Source of the DNA: a virus
Length of the DNA: 64,000 nucleotides
Virus record (IMG/VR): IMGVR_UViG_3300009128_000003
Coordinates: 51,051 to 115,050 of that record
Reading direction: 5' to 3' (one strand)
Shown: positions 57,401-64,000 of the stretch, one piece after another
Layout of the letters: the number at the start of each line of letters is the position of its first letter
Numbering within the stretch: the first letter of the stretch is position 1
Made by a program: the position numbers and the translations under genes
Notes under the pieces: model-generated
Databases searched by the model: none
The model's input: only the letters and a program-made list of their open reading frames with translations
Told to the model about the DNA's origin: nothing

Positions 57401-59659
57401 TGAACCACTCTCGTTTGTGATACTACCCGTTGTAACTTGGTATAATCCAAACAGCGATGAGGAGATCCACGTTCTATTAAACTTGTCGTTAGTGGAAAAG
57501 AATTTTGGCAGCGTCAGCGATGCCTCGATAGTGGCGCCGTAGCGTGCTTCTGCGTTATAGGCGCCGGCGGTGCCGCGTGATGCACTTATATATCCAAGAG
57601 CCTGACCGCCTCTAGAAACCGGCGTGGCTGTTCCTGTTAGCGCCTGATAAACAACCGCATGAATATTGCCCGACTGGTTAAAGTCTAGCGATGAACGATC
57701 CAACATTGATTGTTGCAGATTGTTCTTTAGTTGATATGTGTTGTCCCGATTATAAACTTTTAGTTTAAGGAGCGAGTCATCGAGGTTGAAACATCTCATG
57801 ACATTTCGAATTGATTTTTCGGTGCCCTTAGATTTGTATATGTTTGTTAAGTTATTATAAAGATTGAGGTAAATGAGATTCTTGGCGTCGACCAGCTTGC
57901 TTTCAAAAAGTTCTTTCTCTGTTCGACTCTCAAATTTCTCTAAAATCGTAGAATCCACAAATATTTCTGGCGAATATAAGCCAAGCGACTGTGGCAAATG
58001 GTGCGCAAAGGGGTAGGGTCGATGAGACGCTGTTGTATAAGTTGTCTGACGCAGCGCTGGCATCTGACTGGTCAGCAAATACATTTTGTCGAAGTAAGCA
58101 CCCATGATGTGCGAAATAATCTTTAAGTTATCATTGCCTTCATTTTCGTGCTCTTCAATAACCCACGCCGGCGCATAATTAATAAACGAAGAATTGTTAT
58201 TTGAATCATAGAACGAACCCGATTCCAACAAATTAGTTTGTAATGTTGATACATCTGTATGCTGCGAGCGCATAATCGGATCTGGATCTTCCCGAGAAGC
58301 GGCTGACGCAGATACAATCGCAGAACCGGTGTTTCGAGAGGTACTTGTGTATCCAGTCCAAGCGCCGTTAGTTACGCGCCCAGCATAGTCCAAAACAATG
58401 CTATCCGTGGCGGCTACAGTGGTTATGCCCTCGTTAAATTTATAATAGACACCCAAGGTCGTGTTAGAAATATCTGTGTTTACGCCGCCGCCTACGGGCA
58501 CGAAGAAGCTCTCTCCAATTTGCTGCGCATTTCGTGCAACTTTCCAATAACGGAATTCGTCAAGAGACGCTGATAGCCTGCCATCGCCATTGCGCGCAGA
58601 GCTTGCAGAGACTCGGTTGGTCATCGGATTAGTTATAAGTGCGCCGATGCGACCGATCATACTTCCGGTGATCTCTCCCAAGCTTCCGTTTGTTGTACCG
58701 GGAGTTGAGAAGGAAGATGTGACGTCGTTAATATAGCCATTAACATACAGTTGGGTCTTGAGCATCGAGCCAGAATTTTGGAAGACGAAAGCATAGTGTC
58801 CCCAAGACGTTAGAGAACTAGGCGTAAGACCGCTTCCTATCGACTGAGTAACAAAGGAAGCTGATACAGTGCCGGATTGCGCTGTTAATAGGAATGGCGT
58901 TGCCGAGCCCGAAGAACCTTGAATCGTAATCGTCAATCGCCCGTAGTCTGTGTTTCCAACGCTTGCGCTGTTCCAAAGATCGAAAACAACTTCTTGCTGG
59001 GTTGCAGTAACATCGAAAGCCTCTTTCTTCAGCCAAAATTCAACGGTTACGCCGGTATCAAAATTAGCCTTTAAGTTCGATTGTCGAGTGCCTTTACCAT
59101 AATCAGTTGGCAGGTTCTCCGTAGTATAAATGTCCGTGTCATATATGTTACTGTAGTTAAACTTGTTCGAGTAAGCGTTTGGCGATTTCGACACCAATGT
59201 GCTGCCGGCAGAGCCTGTTCCGGGTCCACCCTTGAACGTGATGTATTCGTATGAGCTTGGAGTACCGTAGCCATCCGAAGTCATGTCGCCAACACGGGTA
59301 TAGCCGGCGGGACTTAAAACCGCATAACCAGTAGACTTCGGATAAAGATTGTCGAAAACATATTTCTCGACCCCCATCAATCCATTGTAAAACTCGTTCT
59401 TTTCAGCTTTTGAGCCATCGTAAGGATAGAAATCCAAGATCCTGTTCATCGCGCCGCTATAATAAAGATAAGCCGAGCCATACTTAGCGAAGTTTTCTGG
59501 TTCCGCAAAGTCCACTTGCGGTACAAACGTATTTTGTTTCAATTCAATAGCTTCCGCATTTCGCGCTGACTCTATTGGTTCGAAAGTTTCTTTCTGGTTT
59601 TTATAATCGGCTGACTGTAGGTCTCCTACGGTCTCGCCAAAGAGTTTCTTAATACTCAT
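48455..59659 (-). CDS. Giant baseplate/tail protein with LamG (concanavalin A-like) domains
   Basis: 3734 aa; TVEFWLK..WGHYAFV..LYVNG..LDEFRYW and WTGWINF..WNHFSVV..YYNG..IDEYTYW; KSKGTEKSIR baseplate-wedge-like motif. Confidence 0.75.
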   Translation of the reverse strand: MSIKKLFGETVGDLQSADYKNQKETFEPIESARNAEAIELKQNTFVPQVDFAEPENFAKYGSAYLYYSGAMNRILDFYPYDGSKAEKNEFYNGLMGVEKYVFDNLYPKSTGYAVLSPAGYTRVGDMTSDGYGTPSSYEYITFKGGPGTGSAGSTLVSKSPNAYSNKFNYSNIYDTDIYTTENLPTDYGKGTRQSNLKANFDTGVTVEFWLKKEAFDVTATQQEVVFDLWNSASVGNTDYGRLTITIQGSSGSATPFLLTAQSGTVSASFVTQSIGSGLTPSSLTSWGHYAFVFQNSGSMLKTQLYVNGYINDVTSSFSTPGTTNGSLGEITGSMIGRIGALITNPMTNRVSASSARNGDGRLSASLDEFRYWKVARNAQQIGESFFVPVGGGVNTDISNTTLGVYYKFNEGITTVAATDSIVLDYAGRVTNGAWTGYTSTSRNTGSAIVSASAASREDPDPIMRSQHTDVSTLQTNLLESGSFYDSNNNSSFINYAPAWVIEEHENEGNDNLKIISHIMGAYFDKMYLLTSQMPALRQTTYTTASHRPYPFAHHLPQSLGLYSPEIFVDSTILEKFESRTEKELFESKLVDAKNLIYLNLYNNLTNIYKSKGTEKSIRNVMRCFNLDDSLLKLKVYNRDNTYQLKNNLQQSMLDRSSLDFNQSGNIHAVVYQALTGTATPVSRGGQALGYISASRGTAGAYNAEARYGATIEASLTLPKFFSTNDKFNRTWISSSLFGLYQVTTGSITNESGSATTLRASDETNFQIFAVRDAEYSKNVRFLLTSSISPHPIPTLSSSTFPGAYDDSQWNLSVRIKPRGYPLDGMVTGSTTNYPYDVIFRGVNTILGTVRNSFEVTGVMGAPTHYPAGYSAANSYLSGTNFLHSAKRVYAGARRTNLTGTVLNPSDVRFSSIKYWTKVLDNLSLDQHVYDLENAGISGSYREIAPRDTNNAGLDLTNANTIALNWRFDNLTSSNAGGYFNVTDYSSGSALLRDNYGWLGEVVGYQHGGYGWGFPPLEKAVVQKQLTNVFKFIDPEQAVSSDMIQILDKDDEVFGVVETVPDFIYTLEKSQQQAVSDEMLDFFAGVIDFNNLIGAPINRYRDRYKNLEKLREAFYRRVTAVTDVEKFVGYYKWFDDAITEIVSQLVPASSNLVEGVLNTIEPTVLDRSKYETKYPTLDAQVPDLVGVVGGEAESAWDAKLERTTVPRSPRDTTRHVPFWKTRAIRSADEISAARFVGAAAAAIIDAQRETFRKVIVSAPHMSRSAPTFYDHKTNNTYTGNAFKINTLSKLFKVTADKKYDTRGSIKGGVNFDANKNIHFTYAALHPAGPVDQSGGRFVPQNVLIAFMKDLVALPYDNDPKLPIEKIKRYITVNHGRAKVGESDEHLKSSLVFPFNLISSSVKTGYQKEVYDRLTASFEITNLHNDVYGPDMEKPLQGPFTEHVVGGHQSRHVRVNYSSSTHPLDTWRTRPEAWKILLGTCDATFTGAIGMVGADYPWPEWNGYPDVPGNYPAYPMTAALKAVYYRDVVAKRPVNIKNIKLTTGSTILGNYRHTYDFVNTVGTFNNPRGFIENQPTFPANVFQTHTTGATSTNTILDMPRLLRPGTVPAAIQDSHFTFVGDYSTSYLTSAINKSVIVGRFSNHGGPEVQSRGHQDFRSSEYSVYNALNFKNLTVIKPSQGPSGTISETEGIRVSDIHGFDYGLRSQLSRHTARFGRDSLFVTSTAVPYGNAAPGGTYNQLPGFHKVHRNNVGRPKCLDTITYGYNKALTNSSGYDFGAANYLSTLILTGADNNDATNTIMPLIGAVTSSGLSWTGWINFGDQGSAVTQSVTALGLRHTDKTFFEIQKTHGSGEYKFQVYLRLQNTAGGWRTGGGAGDYNLWEFTSTDNWSSGWNHFSVVWDASAVSNGSLASVADKYMKIYYNGVDTEASRVDSNTTKNYYSTWDATKSGAFGFSTPPNNIVVTYNGAFSIGGDFTGLRPMSGAIDEYTYWTRPLTPLEVRSIYNSGTPCDITQSTAYTSDVSKLWDWIRFGTGSTNEKTDIRTANAGTYGIGNRVVGFTGTKTYLPLAVNGGTNPAFELTGGAGHASVLAGCASVITGATTTTTCTDRTIYDNFYVKHPIPRSSKQYTWVTRSLASTNGVFGYAPATFRISSSTGGTKNAYNFVSQSDFGRYYQTSAGSNRSRFGWTSASVAAGISVNKFIPVDFVGMNTIIVDQLNTSINTMGRTGSNPRIGLPAEDYINYDIINQVQNAESSASILNALTLNRQGIYGYPIWRQVRTGDNPITRWERKNNVVSMMSLTGARGDIARYNVPPVSMEGRPVTVNLTANGMSFGLDVTHNNESVYYPSVAMENQLDIQYDLYDTPFEQLIKSVKQPASPTQLNWVLYTQKLFPSSRNEFTSGSNERIKYDNRFWTSNREARNSKGAYTYQTTSPAAVEFGNNDISYNSLGIIVKQSSWPLDAPDDFMTRTRPMFWKYSSVTLPYLYRGGTGSAGELQNAYTNYFTASFKTFYPWSGQNPWTRSSRPRSYDHWMLAVVGCGALYSRKHLLSISASVVGPSGMKIPETSSRAGHAWSNAAQIWPIGGGEALWEAGTQAGVVTADYGGSAENAKLGIKGSDTSWGFNLSQSAPWKFDTYEDYRYELKLLAKDYGIVPEYRISEHVNEYLQKDPLETRQTTVDTSPDGDLPYKGTYEIVGTNKVPDDGFATFNVDVDVSASYNSLNTQNFFIDYSNTEFLQDFLKIKRETLLGATQIKMVCSAALRFNPYKGFYPAERTIDLVSQFRKSYQKSLFSITGREPDSDDIFPGGGNRDEIFYRKAGSHTRPVSARPLLSAICSPGILYNSIKSGLAVDYPLVLNGNRMMRQYYGALGSGSISSTTFNALDLHQYGAQDNYALTFNPNQYTNSDISAADSSHSKKVFWDKRLPFETMLTPAKYLNGLSVPDQEAHPSASLWNVTCSFAGDEEDDAYTLMASNFFGETAAFFLQDADYTSLKSGVLRENLRFVSGSTYMARVKINRSMTGSRSYLNEKGGIHVTNSAGASSTYAYGYGVLGARAFNHLQGVRSFITGGSVAGASAEYPLPQDPYHMPGYRESFTMYSRPTAFGPELSGRMPWSQASGSDTVYNKNTYHYPLDSFNGFNWSFTPPYYHGEAWADLIFRPNHTKSYDIQQIMAETITQYWRCDAGPAEFLNQTSKTQTLLISSSFRSPSVSGNLAVEAGSKYPSAGIAINQNAMQLSASFNLFGIEEVPFQETDAFGNLTTTRNDSVGQRWVIKPKYETPMLNFTDTGPHPIKSGSLRDDDGIKRWEDGAGEPGYLSSPPNLSASVPRGMWHQFGIIEPDPDKGIFMQIGDIPEAWLKYHWTMLNTGSVYNKYTPQLTSIGHGIPGEAGMMNDYTKIKSLTSLVGFDKGKPRKRLGQLAKSRTIREAIVAVPYITETVDAQDIGATTAATANRKKFIEISPERLRAAKDDRIGSAEGDSLITAGESIRKQLQKMKRYVLPPEMDFLNNESLPAIAMYIFEFEYTFDKDDLNYMWQNLAPRDSQKISFQSQSVAHELINTELLSETELAENQNLRWMVFKVKQKAQADYYDLTLPQVGEAQILGVGGTTVPTGNKGQIKTKSGSVVKYNWPYDYVSLIELIKIDAQILYSEPRTISRDTIGTSGVLASTAPQDFGSMVNDLVTAPGYRGSTSTPSPVLRGVLGAASPQITSVSRATSIQPIAPTRVASRRSMKFKGGY

Positions 59660-61577
59660 AGTCTTCTACTCGGAACTTAAATGTGTCGTCTTGTTCATTC
59701 CACGTGCTGAGTTCGCTGTTATAGAACGCAAACTTGACCGCGTATTCATATCCGGGTTCCAGTAGTTTCATGTTCAAGTCAAAGTAATTTCCAGACACAT
59801 CGTAGGATAGCCCAGTTGCATAATTTGATCCAGTGTTGTGTCTGATCGCTGGGTATCCGTCCAGCACTCGATATACCCGATAAGATGCGCTTTGAATAGC
59901 AGTCGTTGCCACGTTAGTATTGGCTTGTGTGTAAACTGTTGGGCTCCAGTTCTTATCTCTTACATAAAGGTACATGCGTGCGGTCTCATCAGCCCTATAT
60001 TCGTTCTGAAGATTGGTGATGTTGAGGTAGTGAATCGGTGTTCGACGCGTCATTTCGCCATCTTGAAGTATCGGCTGGATTGAACCGGTAAAGTATTCGG
60101 TGGTGCCGTCGTGCCAAACATCGAACAAGTGTGTGATTGATGAAGAGGCGATCCCTATGTCGCAGGAGTAGATGCCGGTCGAGACATATGCGCCGGTTAT
60201 GTTCTTGACGCCGGCGCCGATAGGAGTGCTGGCGGCAATGGACGACAACTTGGAGCCGGTTGGGGCAGAATTGTCTGAGGAGCCTGAGTAAAGGCTCACA
60301 TAAGGATTGCCAGTTCCGATGTTCGGAATGTTTACCAAGCGACCGCGGACGTAATTGTAAAGAAAAATGGTGTTTAAGTTGTCGGCGGCAGGCGCTAACG
60401 ATGAACTATAATGAAAGTCTCCGCGTTGGTCCTGCTTGGTGTCGTCCCATCTCGCTTCAATGCGTGGGCGCTTAAACCAATACTGTGATCCTCGCGCAAA
60501 GAAGCGCTTTGTATAATAAGATTTGGTGGCGCCATCGGTATTGTTAAGGACGCTGCCGCTGTTCTCACCATCGGAACCCGAGAAATACGCTTCATATGAG
60601 CGGGATAGGTGTACGCCCACTCCGTAGTTTTCATAGGTGCCGGCAATCCAACTTTCGACCAAGCCGGTAATATCTACTTCTAGATCTTCTAATCCGGTTT
60701 CAAACGACTGCTCAAAGAACGGATAAGAGCCGCCTGTCAAATAGCTTCCACCAACACTTTGCCAGCGAGAAGCATTGCCGCCGGCTTGAGGAACAGAGAC
60801 GGTCAAATAACTCAAAGTCCCGTAAACACTAGTATCCGTTGAGGAGCCAGAATTGCTAGCTGTAACATAGACTGTGGCGCCATCGATATTAGCTGAGAAG
60901 CCACTCTGAGCAGAAGCTGTGGTTTGAAATGCGCCGGCGATGGCGGCTGCTGATCCTAAGCCGTTGATGTCGACTCGGATCTCCGTTCCGTCTGCGTCTG
61001 GGAGTGAGTCGGCGCCGGTATTTTTAAACCAAAAATTGTACCGAGTAGACGTGTTATAAAGCTTTACATAGTTTGCGCCGGCGCCGGCGGCGTATTTTGT
61101 CGGATCACCAGAGCCAAACACAAACTTGGTGATCTCGGGGACGTCCTTACTAATTCTGTCAATCCAGTTGGCGCCGGTGTTGCCCTTCGTGTAATCTTTG
61201 TAGCCTTCTAAATCTAATCCGACGCCCTCTTCCCATGACTGTGAAACAGCATGAACTACAAGCTTATAATCGCGCGGTGTTGTCTTGGAAATCTGAGCAT
61301 TATATAAACTAAGATAGAACCTTACACTGCCACTGGCAGGCACCAATCCACTTGTTCTGTCGGCTGAAATTCCTGCAGTAGGAAATTTGATTAGCAATCG
61401 CGATAATTCTTGAGATCCTTGTGCGGCAGAGCTACTGGGTGTCTGCCTTCCGTAAACGGAGAAAACCTCCATAACATCTGCCATCCCCATATTGGAACCA
61501 GTTCCACGAGTCGATAAATTGGGCTGATAGGCGTTAACAATGGTGGTATCAGCAGATGCTGTATATTTTCTAATCAT
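59649..61577 (-). CDS. Baseplate-associated structural protein
   Basis: ADTTI...SRLLIKF...WEEG...DIT.LV..W...P.IE..W pattern; between gp6-like gene and the giant protein. Confidence 0.6.
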   Translation of the reverse strand: MIRKYTASADTTIVNAYQPNLSTRGTGSNMGMADVMEVFSVYGRQTPSSSAAQGSQELSRLLIKFPTAGISADRTSGLVPASGSVRFYLSLYNAQISKTTPRDYKLVVHAVSQSWEEGVGLDLEGYKDYTKGNTGANWIDRISKDVPEITKFVFGSGDPTKYAAGAGANYVKLYNTSTRYNFWFKNTGADSLPDADGTEIRVDINGLGSAAAIAGAFQTTASAQSGFSANIDGATVYVTASNSGSSTDTSVYGTLSYLTVSVPQAGGNASRWQSVGGSYLTGGSYPFFEQSFETGLEDLEVDITGLVESWIAGTYENYGVGVHLSRSYEAYFSGSDGENSGSVLNNTDGATKSYYTKRFFARGSQYWFKRPRIEARWDDTKQDQRGDFHYSSSLAPAADNLNTIFLYNYVRGRLVNIPNIGTGNPYVSLYSGSSDNSAPTGSKLSSIAASTPIGAGVKNITGAYVSTGIYSCDIGIASSSITHLFDVWHDGTTEYFTGSIQPILQDGEMTRRTPIHYLNITNLQNEYRADETARMYLYVRDKNWSPTVYTQANTNVATTAIQSASYRVYRVLDGYPAIRHNTGSNYATGLSYDVSGNYFDLNMKLLEPGYEYAVKFAFYNSELSTWNEQDDTFKFRVEDYEY

Positions 61578-61584
61578 GTGTTTT

Positions 61585-63381
61585 CTACCTGACCTTTCCT
61601 CTGATATCTACAGAAGGGTACTTAATCTGAAATATGGCGTTTGCCGGTGCAACTAGCGATGAACCATCTGGCGATAGGTTCTTTTGAACATTAAATGCAA
61701 CTGAAGAATAACTTCCTCCGAGTTTATTGTGTAGTTTTACCGTAACAACGTCTAAGACACCCTCAACTTGGCTGAGTGTGCTATAAATACTGCTAATTGA
61801 CATAGACTCGGCAATGAAGAACGACTCTTCGTATTTTGCTGTCAAGGCTAAGATACCGGCGTTTAACGTATCGGTGCGGTTTGCGCCGGGTGCAGTTTTG
61901 ATAACGAAATCAATTCCTATATCGATAATATGTGGATCGAGAATGTCCACAGTGTCATTAATCATTCTATACTGTTCAAGCCAAGTTTTTAAATTATTTT
62001 TTATGGTTGCGTTAGTTTTTGTAAGCATTCCAAAGCTATCCTCCGAAATAACATACATATTTAAATTTCTTTTAAGGGAATCTTGGTCTTTCTGAATGCA
62101 AACTCTCTTGAGAGAACCGTACTTCCCCGGCATGCGGTAGGCTAAATTTTCATAATCGCTTTGAGTGACTGCTCGATTTTGAGTCGGAAACGTATCAAAG
62201 ATTCTTCGCTTGATTTCCGATGTTGACGGTTCGGCGACGCTGCCGACTATGGGCGTCTCGTTAGAGACTTCCGCGGAGTCGATGACCGCTTGAACATTGA
62301 GCCCGCTTAAGCTGCTCCGATCTTCAAAGTCAAATAACACGGTGCTTACGCTATTTAGTGACCCCACTGCAACATTTGAGTTGGTCGGATTTGTAGTGCG
62401 ATAGGTAATGGTTAAAGTTGTGTTTGCTGGGCAAATTCCATAATTCTTGTTTTTAGACAATCTCGTTGGATCGAATGTGGTATCCGTAACATAGCTTTTT
62501 CCAAATACGTCAATTGCCACTTGTTGTGGGTTGGCGACGACATTCGATTCTGCCTCATTGCCGCTCCCAAACTGCAGGTATGTGTCTGCTATGTCCCGTT
62601 CTACGGTGAATTTTCTAGATACCAGCATTGGCTTTAAAATGGATGGGACGTTGTCGCTCTTGTAGTTCTGGTTAGCAAGCTCTTTGAATACCATATCTTG
62701 AGCAAGATACTCTACTTCAAAATATTGATTTCCTTCGGAATCGAACACTGAGATGATCTCTGAAATATCTGGGGATGCCACTCGGATACGCTTAAACCTC
62801 TCAAAAGCTCCCACCACAACTTGTTCCTGTGAGAATCGACCGGAGACTACGTTTCCGTAAGCTTTGATGGCATAGTAAGTGGGGGCGCCGGAGATGCTAT
62901 CCACCTGCGATACAACCACTTGGTTAACTGGTTCGGAAAACGATATATTCTCTGTTAAAACAAAGGACAGCCCGTTATCAGACGTAAACGAACTCCCGCG
63001 CAGCATGGTGGGAATATAGCGAGTGTCGGGTCCCATTCCAGTTGTGGTAGCCGGTACCTGAATGTATACAGCTGCTGTGCCATGGGTCGAGGGTCGACCG
63101 GGATTTTTATATCCGAGAACGCGACCATGGCGCACAACATTATTAAGCTGGTATGCTGTGTCTAGAAACGACTCGTTTACGTTGTAATCTAGATATAATG
63201 ATAGTTGATCACCGACATACGCAACCGCATCAAGCATCAGGGCTCCAAATGAAGCTTCGCTAAAATCTTGAAAATTTTCTGGGTAGTATCTTTCTGCCAG
63301 TTGCAGCAGGTCTTGCCGGATGCCCTGATACTCTCTGTGAGTATAGTTAATCGGTAAAATTTTCTTCTGTTCGTCAGCCAT
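61585..63381 (-). CDS. gp6: Baseplate wedge subunit, T4 gp6-like
   Basis: DFSEASFG, AYVGDQLSLY, NESFLDTA, FGSG, QNRAVTQSDY. Confidence 0.85.
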   Translation of the reverse strand: MADEQKKILPINYTHREYQGIRQDLLQLAERYYPENFQDFSEASFGALMLDAVAYVGDQLSLYLDYNVNESFLDTAYQLNNVVRHGRVLGYKNPGRPSTHGTAAVYIQVPATTTGMGPDTRYIPTMLRGSSFTSDNGLSFVLTENISFSEPVNQVVVSQVDSISGAPTYYAIKAYGNVVSGRFSQEQVVVGAFERFKRIRVASPDISEIISVFDSEGNQYFEVEYLAQDMVFKELANQNYKSDNVPSILKPMLVSRKFTVERDIADTYLQFGSGNEAESNVVANPQQVAIDVFGKSYVTDTTFDPTRLSKNKNYGICPANTTLTITYRTTNPTNSNVAVGSLNSVSTVLFDFEDRSSLSGLNVQAVIDSAEVSNETPIVGSVAEPSTSEIKRRIFDTFPTQNRAVTQSDYENLAYRMPGKYGSLKRVCIQKDQDSLKRNLNMYVISEDSFGMLTKTNATIKNNLKTWLEQYRMINDTVDILDPHIIDIGIDFVIKTAPGANRTDTLNAGILALTAKYEESFFIAESMSISSIYSTLSQVEGVLDVVTVKLHNKLGGSYSSVAFNVQKNLSPDGSSLVAPANAIFQIKYPSVDIRGKVR

Positions 63382-63397
63382 CAAAAAAACCTCACTA

Positions 63398-63763
63398 TTA
63401 AATAGTAAACTCTAATAAATCCTCTATTCCTATATTGGGTATTGCATATCGAATATGAACAGACAGCTTATTTAAGTCTGGCTCCATACCAAAATCAATT
63501 GCCTGAATAGAAACAGACGGCATATAGAGAGAGGTTTGTTGTAAGATCTTGCTCCTAATTTTTTCATGCGCATCCTCGCTATAGTTTAAAAACAAATACG
63601 TTCTAAGTCCTACTCCGTAATTTGGAGTCATCACGCGCTCTCCAGGATCTGTGAGTATCAACATCTTAAAATTTTGCTTAATTGTTGTTGCCAGAGTTTT
63701 AAGCATAGTAAACCCGTCGGCTGAGTCTTTTGTCAGCGGCAGGCTAACTCCTATTGAAGCCAT
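63398..63763 (-). CDS. gp25: Baseplate wedge subunit, T4 gp25-like
   Basis: IKQNFKMLILTDPGERVMTPNYGVGL..YLF. Confidence 0.88.
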   Translation of the reverse strand: MASIGVSLPLTKDSADGFTMLKTLATTIKQNFKMLILTDPGERVMTPNYGVGLRTYLFLNYSEDAHEKIRSKILQQTSLYMPSVSIQAIDFGMEPDLNKLSVHIRYAIPNIGIEDLLEFTI

Positions 63764-63789
63764 GTTTTAGTCCCTCTTATCATAAATAC

Positions 63790-63999
63790 TCACTTTTTGC
63801 ATAATTTACCGTCGGCATTGAAAGGATTAGTCCGGCGGCGCCATTTAGCCCATCCACTGAAAAGGTTCATGCCGGCGGGCGGTAACATAGCGGTTTTGAG
63901 ATTATTGATCCAAACTCTAGTAAAATCAAGACCCTCGCCATCTCCTTCAGAGTTGAAATCTCTAATATTATAAAATGCTTTAAAAACTTTCTTAATGCG
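63790..63999 (-). CDS. 3' end of a gene entering from outside the window
   Basis: Hand translation RIKKVFKAFYNIRDF...NPFNADGKLCKK, stop at 63790-63792. Confidence 0.55.
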   Translation of the reverse strand, partial: RIKKVFKAFYNIRDFNSEGDGEGLDFTRVWINNLKTAMLPPAGMNLFSGWAKWRRRTNPFNADGKLCKK

Positions 64000-64000
64000 G

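Noticed and set aside
18-62095. Numerous plus-strand ORFs in the track (for example 24741..25451, 11244..11831, 9160..9705)
   Set aside because: All lie antisense to well-supported minus-strand genes and show no recognisable motifs; treated as shadow ORFs
1-64000. Stop-codon reassignment as seen in some large phages
   Set aside because: Core genes are full length in the standard code, and TAA, TAG and TGA all end genes at sensible positions

Overview
The window is a 64-kb piece of a large (jumbo-type) myovirus genome, not a cellular chromosome. Essentially all real genes are on the minus strand, tightly packed, often with ATGA overlaps and GGAG(G) Shine-Dalgarno sites. Reading in the direction of transcription (right to left): (1) baseplate and tail module (gp25-like, gp6-like, a 3734-aa LamG-bearing protein, several paralogous structural proteins); (2) RuvC-like resolvase, FKBP-type PPIase and DNA primase; (3) a long cluster of small proteins with shared N-terminal leaders, interrupted by an Mre11-Rad50 fusion, a ParB/Srx-domain protein, a tubulin/FtsZ homolog and a holin-like cassette; (4) a T4-like head module (terminase gp17, portal gp20, prohead protease gp21, scaffold, major capsid gp23) with a phage-encoded ribosomal protein bS21 and a set of fibre/decoration genes. 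The best candidates for undescribed biology are: a family of about 14 unrelated proteins carrying recurring Glu-terminated tags (MKITKSQLKQIIKEE, MKLLMENWRKF, IDPRYFMDEK, RxKxLAGI) that look like a modular capsid-loading and protease-processing system with diverse cargo; a strongly over-represented [S/T]-[G/A/S]-S tripeptide confined to a subset of virion proteins, a possible modification sequon; and a recurring non-sigma70 upstream motif (CTAnTTAT) that contrasts with canonical sigma70 promoters in front of three non-structural genes. All family assignments come from motif recognition by eye; no searches were run. No tRNA, rRNA, CRISPR array or mobile element was seen.
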